Assembly: GCA_046563655.1 (NCBI GenBank)
Contig: CM102285.1
Span: 14,632,001 to 14,696,000, forward strand
Length of the DNA stretch: 64,000 bases
Source of the DNA: Yuukianura sp. NJ FZ-2021
Taxonomy: Eukaryota
Reading direction: 5' to 3'
Position numbers and translations under genes: made by a program
The notes under the pieces: generated by a model
What the model saw: the letters and a program-made list of their open reading frames with translations, nothing else
What the model was told of the DNA's origin: nothing
Databases searched by the model: none
Part shown: positions 24,724-36,312 of the stretch, piece by piece
Position numbering within the stretch: the stretch's first letter is position 1
How the letters are laid out: each line of letters begins with the position of its first letter

Positions 24724-27700
24724 ATGGCGAGTGACACGAAGCGTGACAAGGGGCCACTTCCGTTTTACGAATTGCCTCCGCACATCAAACCCTGTTCGCA
24801 GATTATCCATGAAACAAGGCTGCAGTTGAAACATACCAAAATCGGGGGGAGTGGGAGTGACCTTGACCTGAGACCAATCACGCCCCTCCCCCGAGGTCAA
24901 TCAGGTCAAACTCCGTCAGGAGACGTGTCAGACTACTTTGTTGACAGGGGTGGACCACCACTGGACATGGTCAATGGGACAGGCAGGAGAGGTGGACATG
25001 GCCAAGTGAGTTCTGGAATCCATGCTGTCCATACTAAGAGACCATTCACCCCACGGGACAGTGTCAACTTCTGGGGTCTGTCGGCACAAAAACGACCACC
25101 GAGTGCAATTACGTAAGAAAATTTGGAAAATTATGTAATTTGGTTTTCGAAAACCAAAATTTCGGTCATTGCACTTTCGGCTGAATCGATCAAGAAAAAA
25201 TTTGCGGTTGAAAAAACTCAATCGATTGTTTATCTTTTTTGGAAAATACCAAAACAGAAAGTTTTCTGCATAAAATGATAAAATTACAACAATTTTTACA
25301 ACCTTTTCTTCGTTTTTTTTACGAAACTTCTTTTTTTCTGCTAACTGGTAACAAAAAGCAGGAAAGTTGCACCCAAATGCGAAAAAAAGCATTCGGCGCA
25401 GATTTTGTAACAATTTTGAAAGTTTTTTTTCGAAAAATGACACCAAATTACCAAAATTTTCTCAAATTTTTTTTAGATTGTCTCGACTTTCTTTGGATGA
25501 CTACGACGGGAGTAACTATTCCGGAAAACTCGGAAATCGTAAGAAAAGTCCCCTGCCACGCCATGACCTGTCGGCGTACAATCGATGTGAATCTCTGGAC
25601 TCTGCAGTTTCTGGACACCATCAGACCAAGCGAAATGGCCAAGATGACGAGTCGTCATTAGGCAAGACGCGAGTTCGATTCCTAGCAACTGGTAAAAAAT
25701 TTAACTCATGAGTGAGTGTGGCCATGAACACTACAATTTTCCACAAGAAACAAAAGCCGAAACAGGCAATTTTCCAATTTCCGAAATTTCTCATGAAATT
25801 TTGGAATTTTGACAAATTGGAGCATGCACGAATTACGTGCTCCACTTTAACATTTGTAGTGGGCTAGTTCTCAAAACTAGAATTCTAGAATACGGGTGTG
25901 TTGCATTAGGTTTGTTAGGTTATGTTTTGTTAGTCTTTGTGTTGGAATCGTGTCAAGCATCAAAGTTTCCGTTTTCATAAGAAATTCCAAGTGTCAATAT
26001 TTGAGTGGCACTAAATCGGTTTCACCCAAAAATCGATTACTTTCCATCATTCCATCTCTCATTTTCAGTTTGATTTTTAGTACAAAAATCCAATTCTTTT
26101 TAACAATCCCCTTTCAGTTTCTGCTAAATAATAATTGCTGTTTACTCAAAAAGTTACGACAGGTGATACAAAAATGGCAAAAACAGAAATTACGCACATC
26201 AAAACGATGGGTGGGTGGAGGGGGGTGGGGGGTTTGTTGGATCACATAATTTTTCAAGTTCTTTTTTCCACGAAAATGAAAAACGAATTTTTTAGAGAAA
26301 AGTGCACAAAGGAAGTGCAGCATAAAAAATTAAGCTGGAAAACCAGTTGTCTTGGATGGATAAAGTGAAAGTGCAGCATAGCCTAACATTTTTTAAACCT
26401 AACAATTTCAGTCTAAAATTTTTTTCAAAAACTGTAAAAATTTCCACTTTGACATGTGCTGTTTTAGGTCAGAATGGAGGTGGAGACGGAGTAAATAATA
26501 AAATGGACGGAGGGAGGGCGGAATATTTTGAACAGGTTAATTCCATTGAAGCGGCAAGTGATTGGCTCATGACTTTTCTCCAGGCACCAGGTAAACTTTC
26601 ACCCAAATTGCTTCTCCCGCACTAAAAAATTCAAAAACCCCTTTTTCGAATTTTCTCAAACTTTTTAGAAAAAATTGACAAGATGGAGTTACTTGGAATT
26701 TTGAAAAGAGTGCGAGAGGTAATACAAGCCACTCCGCCTCAAGAAACCCAAAAAACTTCCCTGACGAAACTCATTTTCAAAGTTGTTGAAAAAAATCCGA
26801 ATGATGAAGATATCCTGTTCTGGTCATCGTTCATCCTCCTGCATGTAAACTAACCTAACTAACCTAATTTAGGTAATTAACGTTAGCCGGACTAACCTAA
26901 TTAACCTAACCTTTCCAGTGCCAAATCATTGGGAACAATCTAACAACTGTTTTCAAAATGGTTTTCAAAGCAAGTCGATCTCAAACTTACTGGGGTGTGA
27001 TCAAAGAATCAGAGTATCTGGGTAAGTTAAAAATAATTTTAACCCAGTTTTAACAAAAATTTAACCGTTGGCATAATGCTTTTCCGTAATTATTATTTTC
27101 CTCATTCATGAAAAATTGAAATTTTCCAAAATTTTGTTTTTTCAAAACACCATCACACCTTCTAACTTTCTACAGGAGGAATTTTGGAAAAAGTCAGCAT
27201 TATTAGGCTAACAATTCTCCAAAAATGTATCTTCCTTTCTCATGAAAAATTGAAATTTTCCAACATATTGTTTTCCCAAAACGTTAAAAATTTAGTAGGA
27301 AAATCACTCTTTTTAAATAACATAATTCCAAATTCCAAAAAGTTAAAAATTTAGTAGGAAAATCACTCTTTTTAAATAACATAATTCCAAATTCCAAAAA
27401 GTTAAAAATTTAGTAGGAAAATCACTCTTTTTAAATAACACAATTCCAAATTCCAAAAAGTTAAAAATTTAGTAGGAAAATCACTCTTTTTAAATAACAT
27501 AATTCCAAATTCCAAAAAGTTAAAAATTTAGTAGGAAAATCACTCTTTTTAAATAACATAATTCCAAATTCCAAAAAGTTAAAAATTTAGTAGGAAAATC
27601 ACTCTTTTTAAATAACATAATTCCAAATTCCAAAAAGTTAAAAATTTAGTAGGAAAATCACTCTTTTTAAATAACATAATTCCAAATTCCAAAAAGTTAA

Positions 27701-30007
27701 AAATTTAGTAGGAAAATCACTCTTTTTAAATAAGAGTTTTTTTTTAAATAAAATTTTTTTTTGTAGATGTGTTTATGTATTCCCTGGGTGAAATCTGTCC
27801 CCTGACGCAGACTGAGTCGATGATCTATGGCTATGGGACACTGAAGTTCCTGTGCATGGATGAGTACGTGTTGGTGCGTGTGCTTGACCTCAATCTGATC
27901 GGGGTCATGTGTCTCCACTTGAAGATCCTCAACTGTCAAATAGCTCAAACCAACAGAGTGCCCGCCAACATTCAAAATGGCCTCTTTCAGCTCACTTCCA
28001 TCCTGCGCAGTGTAGTTGGAGTGGAGTCTGCGCAGGATGTCGTTGCAGACTCCGGTCTGCTCCAGGAAATCTGTAACTCTCTCCAGTGGGCCTACGAGGA
28101 CTTTGATGTCATCTCCAACATTAGTCGCATTCTGTCGTAAGTAATCTAAGTAATCGATTACTTTCCTAATGAGCATTAGATTACAATCGATTACTTTCTT
28201 AATGAGCATTGGATTACACAGTTATTTCAAAAAGGAACTTATGATTTGATTTTTTTTCTGAAAATTGTGATTTTTTGTTCATTTCAGTGTGACTTCATCA
28301 AACTTGCGTTGCTGTGAAACGTTAGCTTGCAACGAAAAGTTGAGTTGCGCAGTAGTGAAAATTCTCAAAATGTGGCACTCCAAGGACTCGATTGTGGTTC
28401 GGATTACGTACTGCCTCGGAAACTTACTCGGAAGTTACAACGACTTCAGAATCAAGGTTAAATGACTTTGACCTTTTAATTAACAATTAATTAAGGTCAA
28501 ATTAAGTTTTAACAAGCTCAATTTATTTTTCACACCTTGTCCCCTCATGTGAATCGGTGCAGAATCTCCTGTTTTGCAAAAAATAACAAAAATTTCACAC
28601 TTCTAAAAACACTGAAACAGAAAAACACTTAACATTTTGTGCAACAAATTCTTTTGGTCGTACGACCTTCACCTCCACTCACTATTTAATGTAACTTTTT
28701 AATGCGATCTTTTACTGCAATTCTTTAGTTCAATGTTGACTGCAATTTTTTCTGCAATTTACAACTTTTTATTGTAATTTTTTTTTCAGAAATTTTTTTT
28801 GCTTCAACTTTTTACTGAAATTTTTTTCTATAATTTTTTTTCTTTACAGTTGTACCAAGAGCCACTGGCGCTGGAGATGATCATCCAAGTAATCGGTTAT
28901 TACATGGAACATTTCACATCAAGTTCAGAAGACATACTGATCAAGGTAGTAAAAGTCAAGGCCAAAGGTCAATGACCCCGAATTTCTCAAAGGTCAAAGG
29001 TCAAGGTCACTTTTGTCTTTTTTCCAGTCAATTCGAATTCTGGCCAACTGGAGCCTGTGTCCAGCGATTGGTCGAGACCTGTGTGAGGTGGAGCGGTTGA
29101 GCGAAATGCTGAACAGTTTGCTGGATGCTGCGGAAGTATCGAATGAACTGCTGCTCTGCACCATGTCAACGCTCAACAACCTCAGCTTCCATAAGGACCA
29201 TACCAAATCCGACACGTTTCACATCAAAACGGCAGAGTGTAAGTTTTTTTCAAAAAAAAATCTTAAATTTTGGTTTCTAAAATCCTAAAAATTTTGAAAT
29301 TTGGAAACTAGCTATGTACAACTACCTGACCATGAAGGACATTGATGTTCGGACAGAAGCAATGAAAGTTTTGGGGAACTTGACACGAAACAGTGCCGTT
29401 TGCGAGGCGGCGGGGCCCTTCGTGGGGCCAATGATTTTGTGTTTGGTGGAGCAAGATAATCCAGAACTACTTTGTGCCACCATCGGAGTACTCATGAACA
29501 TCATTCTGGACGAAAGGTCAAAGGTCGAGTTTGCTAGGAAAGGCGGCATAGAGTAGTAAGTTCCGAATTTCAAAAATTTTCAGAAATTTTGAAAAATTTC
29601 TTTTTTCAAAATTTGAATTTTTTCTAAGCCTGATAAGTCTGATGGAACACGTTGACGACGTGGCTTTGAACCTCATGCTGTGTCAACTTCTGTGGAACTT
29701 TTTGGTGTCGGACATTGTTGTGGACGACACTGGAAATCCACACTGTCAAAATTTCGAACCGGAGGAAATGGATCGTGCCGCGAACCGAATCTCGTCAAGA
29801 ATCGAAAAAGTCGAAACTTCTCTTCGGCAGTTGCAAAATACCGACGAAAACAAGAACAAATCTTATGCGTCTGCGCAGGACGATGATGACGGTGTCCATG
29901 ACGATGGCAGCAGTTCCGTTTACTTTCAAATTTGTCACGAGTATATCTCCGTGGCCAACAATCTGCATGACCGGTTGAGGTCATTGGTTGACCCTGGTCA
30001 GCAGTGA
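24724..30007 (+). CDS. ARMC2: Armadillo repeat-containing protein 2
   Basis: N-terminal SQIIHETR..HTKRPFTPRD, then MIYGYGTLKFL, LFQLTSILRS, VISNISRILS, VVRITYCLGNL, KVIRILANWSL and EAMKVLGNLTR. About 11 exons. Confidence 0.85.
27283..27733. repeat. 59-bp intronic minisatellite, ~7.6 near-identical copies
   Basis: Unit gttaaaaatttagtaggaaaatcactctttttaaataacataattccaaattccaaaaa; the 1-nt shift per 60-nt line confirms period 59. Confidence 0.95.
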
Positions 30008-30414
30008 CCTTTTTGAGGTCAACTCAATTCACAGAAAAAGGTGACCTAAAAATTGTTACAACTTAGAAAAACTTCAGAAAAATTGGTTGTCGTAAACGGA
30101 TTTTAAAATCAAAGCAACAGTTTTATTGAGCAAGAATTTTAGAGAAGTTGAATTATTCAAAGTTTAAAGAACGTGTTTTTACATTTAAAAACAAAAACTG
30201 AATCGCTTTGATCTTGATCTTTCATAGCTCGACTTAATTCAAATCATTAAAGAACAACTCTCGCTTCTGTTTTGGTGCCAGAAAAAGTTCAAACTTTGTA
30301 CAAGAAGAAAAGGACAACGGTTGATGCGATCTTGAAAAATTTTTTCAGTTGTTTGTGTCAAAATTTGCAATTCCAAAATTTCCGAAAATGTTGTTGTAGT
30401 GGTCTCCTGCATCC

Positions 30415-31095
30415 TTATCGTTTGTAATATTCTTCCCAGATTTGTTCCCGTTCGAGCAGTAGAGGGGTTTTACTTCTCATTAAATCTAGGATCGTTTTGT
30501 CCAAATTTAGAATTTGGTTGTGCAATTCTTCTAATCTTTGTTTCAATTCCTCCTTTGTTAGAACGCTGAAGCGATCTTTGACGTCTTGAATGTCACGTGC
30601 AGCCCTGGCCTAGTCACAAAAAGCAGCACATTCCAAATTAAAATCTAAACAAACAATAACAGTGGTTTCATCAAGGTTCGTAAACAAGAGAACATTTTTT
30701 TCTACAACAGGTTGTGCAATAACGCGGGGTTTTCTTTTCGATTTTTAGCAAGGAAAAATGAAGCTGGTTGAATTTTACCACCATCTTTATGTCAATTTTT
30801 GAAGTTTATTTTTCTTCCTTTGCGATTTAGTGTGCAAATACAATCGGGGAAAAAGAATAAACAAAATTGGTGCTAAAAGTTGCTTGAAGCAAGATTTTTG
30901 GAAACCCAGAGTCATTGGACAATCTGTTGTAGGAATTACAAATCTGTTGTCAAGGAACCTTGGTTTTCATGAAAGATCACAAGTTTTTGTCCAACTTTTT
31001 TTGATTTTGGCTCTCAAAGCCGTTGGTGTCATAACTTTAAAAGAATTCTGTATACATTTTCATGTTTAGTTATTCTATACCTCTGGACCAATCAT
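30415..31095 (-). CDS. Putative 69-aa coiled-coil microprotein (2 exons), absent from the ORF track
   Basis: ATG ATT GGT CCA GAG|GTATAG (31095-31081) spliced to TAG|GCC (30609-30415) gives MIGPEARAARDIQDVKDRFSVLTKEELKQRLEELHNQILNLDKTILDLMRSKTPLLLEREQIWEEYYKR*. Minus-strand AATAAA at 30122-30127. Confidence 0.45.
30672..30962. mobile_element. hAT-like MITE, family CAAGGTT copy A
   Basis: Ends CAAGGTTCGTAAAC...GTCAAGGAACCTTG; TSD GGTTTCAT (30664-71) / GTTTTCAT (30963-70); left end resembles 52105-52155. Confidence 0.75.
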
Positions 31096-31539
31096 TCTCC
31101 TCCTCTTTGGCTAGGATTCTCAGAGATTTCGCAAGTTTCCGCAAGATTTCCCACGATTTCACAAGTTTCTCCTAAATTTCAATGCGAGGATGGAAATTGT
31201 GGAAACTGAACCTAGAGTCTTCTTCCTTCTAAACTAATCTCCGTTGTTGGATTTTGCCTAAACTTTACAAAGGATTTGAACAAAAGTTCACCGGCCGATG
31301 GGATTAAGTAGTCAAACGCCTTAAGGATGTTCAATTCTCAAAATGGTGTAGAAAAGTCTAAAATTAAACTCAAACTTTTTTGAAAAGGTTCGTTTTCAAA
31401 TTCTCCAACATTTTGAAAACGTTTCAACGATGCAGAATAAAAGTAAACTCGAAAATTTGCCTTTTTAGTTTACTCATTTTCAAAATTGTCACAAAATTTT
31501 AAAAACTATGACTCGTTTTTGCAGCAGAACTGGTGACTT

Positions 31540-34500
31540 TTAGTCTTTGATCTGCATGGAGAGCATGGTGGCTTCCGCTAGAAGTCCGAGGTCAATGTCC
31601 GCTACATTTGCTTTGGCTGTGAGCAGAAGTAAGAAAGTGTCGAGTGGTGACATGTCAACGTCCTTGTTAGCTCCACTTTTCATTTTCATTCGATTGGCCT
31701 GTGTGGTGTAAATACTTTTTCGACTTAGCGAGGTCACGCCAGAGAGGAGGTCACTCGCATGTTGTCTCGCTCGTAAACACAAAGCAGTTTGGTGCGACCA
31801 GGAATTTAGAACGCGCGTTCCGCGCGACTTTGGCAAAAGTGAGATCAAATGGAGCTTCTTCGCCACATTCTCTTCGTCTGAGTCGCTCATGTCTAAAATT
31901 TTGAAAATTAGCTTCAGATTTGTCAAAATTTGACCTGCATTTTTGACCCGCGGGTCAACTGACCTGCCATGATGGTTTTGACCAGGTCAATCTGCAGGTC
32001 AAATGTGCCCGAGCGTACGTGCCATAGGAACTGATTGTAATTGAGCACAGTGTAACCCAAGTAGGCGAAGAATGGAGTGAACCCTTGGGGTAACGGACAG
32101 GCTAATGTACCCAGTGCAATGGAAATGTGTTCACACAGCATGAACAACTTCAACCGAACTTCCCATGTCAAAGTGTCTCTGAAATTTTAAAGTTTCAAAA
32201 TTTTGAAATCCTGAAATTGAAATTCAAAATTTTGAAAGTTCTTACATGAACTTGAATCCTTTGCATTTTCTGTTCGGTTGAAGATGGAGACACAAACAAG
32301 TGAGGTGACAAAGCAGTCGAGCCGATTCGACCAAAGCATTCATGTACTTTCCAGCCACGGTGTGGCCATGCAACGGCCAATCACGGCGCTCCTTCAGCAA
32401 ATGAGTGCTCAGTTCCCGTAAATTCTGAAATTTCAAAAAAAAAAATCAAATTTCAAATTTCAAATTTGAAACTTTCAAATTCATGAAAGTGCGGACCACA
32501 GAGTAGACATATTCTTGTTTATTGGCGGTGCAGGACTCGTGTTCAATGAATGGCAACTGGAGGTCGGAGGTCCTGCGGCCGAAAAGAGCAGCGATGTCGC
32601 CAAGTGAGTTGCAAACCATTGGAGACGACGGCGACATCGGAGTGGTCGCTCGGGATAAAGCTTCCGGCTGAAATGGAAAGTTTGGCCCAACAAAATTTAA
32701 AATTTGAATTCAAAATTTCAAAATTTCGATTTTGAAATTTATACCTGATAGCACTGTAGGGAGAGAATAAGTTTTTGGGCAACACTTCTGTGGCAGAAAC
32801 GGGAGCTTTTGGTCAAAATGTGGTTGATTTCCCACAGTTTTGTCCAGGTATCGACGGCCGAATGTGGCAAAATCCTCTGCCGGGGAGAAAGTAGAACCGT
32901 GGTGACCGTGGATAAATTGTTGACCATTTCCACTGTGTACTCCTATGACAAAGTGTTAAGGTGTTAAGATAAATGTTAATTTAACTTAAATTTTTAATTG
33001 AAATTGTTAATTAGTTAATTAATTTACTCCGATTTGCAGCGCTGGTGATGACGGACGGAGAGAAGTGTAGGGTAGAAAGTGGAGGAAAATCTTCATGTTC
33101 GGCATTAAATTTTTGTTGGTCATCAAGTACGAATTTCCAATCACAAATTCCTGAAATACTTCTGTCAAGTAGGGACTCGTAAGTGATCTTCCCATTTCAT
33201 AAATTATCTAAAATTTTGAAAGAAAGCAACAAATTTTCATTTTTTTTAATTGCCAAAAATTACTGCTGCCTTTTCATAATGAAATTCAGATTCAGAATCA
33301 TTTAAAATCATAGCAAACTGATGAGATGAAAAAAGATTTAGGAGGGAACCAGTGCTTATAAATTTTTGGAACGGCAGTGACCTTTGACCTTTGATTTTTT
33401 GGACCTTTGAACTTTGACCTTTGACCTACCTTCTTGACAGCATTGACATCACAGAGATGAACTAGCAAGTAGTGGACCACTGCCATCGTCACGTTGATGT
33501 CCGGTTTCCGACTTAATAACATTGGAATTAGTAAACTCGAGTTGACTTCCAGTTCAGTCTTGGTCAATTTTTTGTCCAGAAGGATCAATCGAGTATTGGA
33601 AGTTTTAGTGGCAGCGATTTGAATCGCTGAATCGCTGAATTTGAGACTAAAAAGTCTCAAGTCCTTTGTTTCAACACTTTTGGGTATACATGACCAATCA
33701 AGGACTAGATGATGACTCGGCTCATGGTCAACTCCGACGTCCAGTAAATGAAGAAACTTTGGATAAGCAGCAACAGCAACAAATTGACCTCAAAATTCAA
33801 AAAAAAGTTAGGATTTTTTGAAATTTTTCAAAATTTTTTGGAACGCAGTGTACAAACCATTGTGGAAGAGACAAGTGTCGACGATTAAGTGTTCGGAGAG
33901 CATTGACCTTTGACCTTTGACCTTGAGAGTTTTGTTGTGATGCAAAGCATTGACCTTGTACAAAACGTTGTCTTCATTGGCCGGAATTTGGACAATTGAG
34001 ACGTGACCGGAGGGGTGGGCCAGTGTTCGAATCCTGTCCAGGGGACTATTTTTACATAAAACGTTGACATTCTGGACAAAAGACAGTTGACCTTTGACCT
34101 CATCCTGGCTGTCACTGACTTTTTCGTCCACATCCAATGGTAAGTTGAGCTAAAATTTTAAAAAGTTGATTTTAAGTTTTCGATTAATCAGAAAGTACAA
34201 AAAATCAATTAATTCAATTACTTACGACTGTTTCTTGGGGATAGTTTGTCCGAAATTGAAATACTGACAGCATTGGCTTTGACCTTTGACCTTGTCCAGC
34301 ACCACCAGGAGTTGACGACGCAGACTCATCTTCGATACTGGATTGTTGCGATTTTCGCGAATGCGCAAACGCCAAAAAGTTTCCTTCCGGAACCCACTGT
34401 GACCAGTAAAACGTTTTCGCGACGAAATCGGACGAAACGATTTCGATTTTTGTTCCTGCCGAAGAACTCAACGTCGTTTCGATTTCGTAAATCGTTATAC

Positions 34501-35109
34501 CTAAACAAATTTTTAAAAAACGCCAAAAATTAGCAAAATTTCAGATGAATCAGAGGATTAGTGCTCACATTGAGTCAAGCTGAGTGCGATGACACTATTC
34601 CTCAGAATAATCAGATCTGAACCTGCAGGGGTAGGTAGACAAGGTGTGTCAAGGGTCAGGGGGACTGAAGTATCTGGATCCTTGACATTAGTTGGCAAAA
34701 TGTGCACTTGGAGGTCATTAGATTGACCTTTAACTAGCGGAATCTCTTCTAGAATGACAATTGAAGCACACTTTTCCTGTTCCTTTTTTGGAGAACAGTT
34801 AAAATTTTGAGTTAAATTTAAATTTTCAAGGAGAAACAACGTTGCTTCAAAAACTTCATGATCTTTGCTGTTTTCATTTGTGTTTGAAGTGTCCCGGTAA
34901 ACCAGTGACAGAAGTGACTGTGACCGGACAGGGTCCTTGACAAGGTCTTGCAGCGATGCTTGATGAATAACTTTTGTAGAAGATGGTTTGAGCAATAATT
35001 CACTTGACCCTTGACCTCCAACGTCCAAAACATGAATTTCTTGATTATATTCACTTGGGTTTTTGAGTACAAGCACTCTTGTTTCGTTTTCTCCAATAAT
35101 AGAACCCAT
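31540..35109 (-). CDS. pigeon: Pigeon/linotte - gamma-secretase activating protein (GSAP) homologue
   Basis: FYWSQWVPE, LHLLDVGVDHEPSHHL, LGTLACPLPQGFTPFFAYLGY..FLWHVRSG.FDL and SPLDTFLLLLTAKA resemble GSAP/pigeon. About 11 exons. Confidence 0.78.
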
Positions 35110-36312
35110 TTTACAGTGAAATTTTCACTTTCACCAATAATCTAACTTCAACTTGGAGATTATTTTAACCTAAAACGTAACATTTGCTGTAAGCCTAACA
35201 ATAACTTATCATACCTAAAGCACCAAATTTTGGAGAAATTTGAAATTTTATTTAGTTTTTGGAGAAACTGGAACTTTTGAATGTGAAGTGGAACTTTATT
35301 GATCTGAAGCTACGGAGAAAGTTGAAGTGAGCCGAACTTTTGAAACATTTTTTTTTCCGTAGGTTGCTAACTTTCTGTAGTTTTGTGTATGTGTTGTGGT
35401 GCTGATTATCCAAATTACACAACTGGAATTGTTGTACGTGTTTGGAATTAAGTAAAGTTGAACTAATTAAAGACCATTAGCCTTCGAATGTTTATCGTTA
35501 AAAAGTTTAGCTAACTACGAACTACCATGCTGGTGTAGGGTAACAGAAAAACTGATTGGAAAAGTGATGAACTTGTGTGTATATAGTTGCATTGTTTTGA
35601 AATTTTGATAGTTTCATGGTTAATTGCTTTTAATTAGATAACATCTCATGGACATTCATCATCCAAAAGATTACATTTTTAGACTTTGAAATAGCGTCGG
35701 ATCATTTAAACTCACGGAGTGGTGGCGCCATCTCCCGCCAAAAAAATTCATCTCAATAACAAATCCAACGTATTTTTATTAGAGTCATACGCCTACGAAA
35801 TAACAACGACAGAAGATGAACACAAAACGTTTTTCTATTTTATAGTGTTTAGGAGCAGTAATAAGTTAAGAATAACGTCAACTATCATAAGACAAACATG
35901 CATTTATAGTTAGTTATTGATATAGTTAACTAACTGACGAGAATAACTATGTTTACAAGTGTACGTGACTGTGAATATTGTGTGTTAAAAATTAAGGAGG
36001 CGCATAACTCCACATTTGTATTGTTGTTGTGTGGTTGATCGTAATTGTCCCCTTGTCCTTCGGTTTTTCACTCTCAGTTTCAGTTTTGAGTTCTGCAGAT
36101 CACTTTGCACAAGAAAGGGGAAGAGGTGTCATCATCTCACTTAAAAAACGAATAGTCCAGTTTAACCTATAATCTACAAGTATTGGTCAAGTTAGTGCCA
36201 ATCTACGCATCGGATCTTCATTTAGCTGTTGGAGTTCAAGAAGTTGAGGTCAAAGGCAGGAGGTGACAAAACAGGAGAAGAGTGACCTGTTGTATCGTCT
36301 TCAGAAGACGAA

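Noticed and set aside
26846..26915. Interstitial TTAGG telomere array
   Set aside because: Only a few interrupted TAACC/TTAGG words in a short intron; compatible with branch-point-like low complexity.
27283..27733. CRISPR-like array
   Set aside because: Head-to-tail identical units with no unique spacers, in a eukaryotic intron, with no cas genes.
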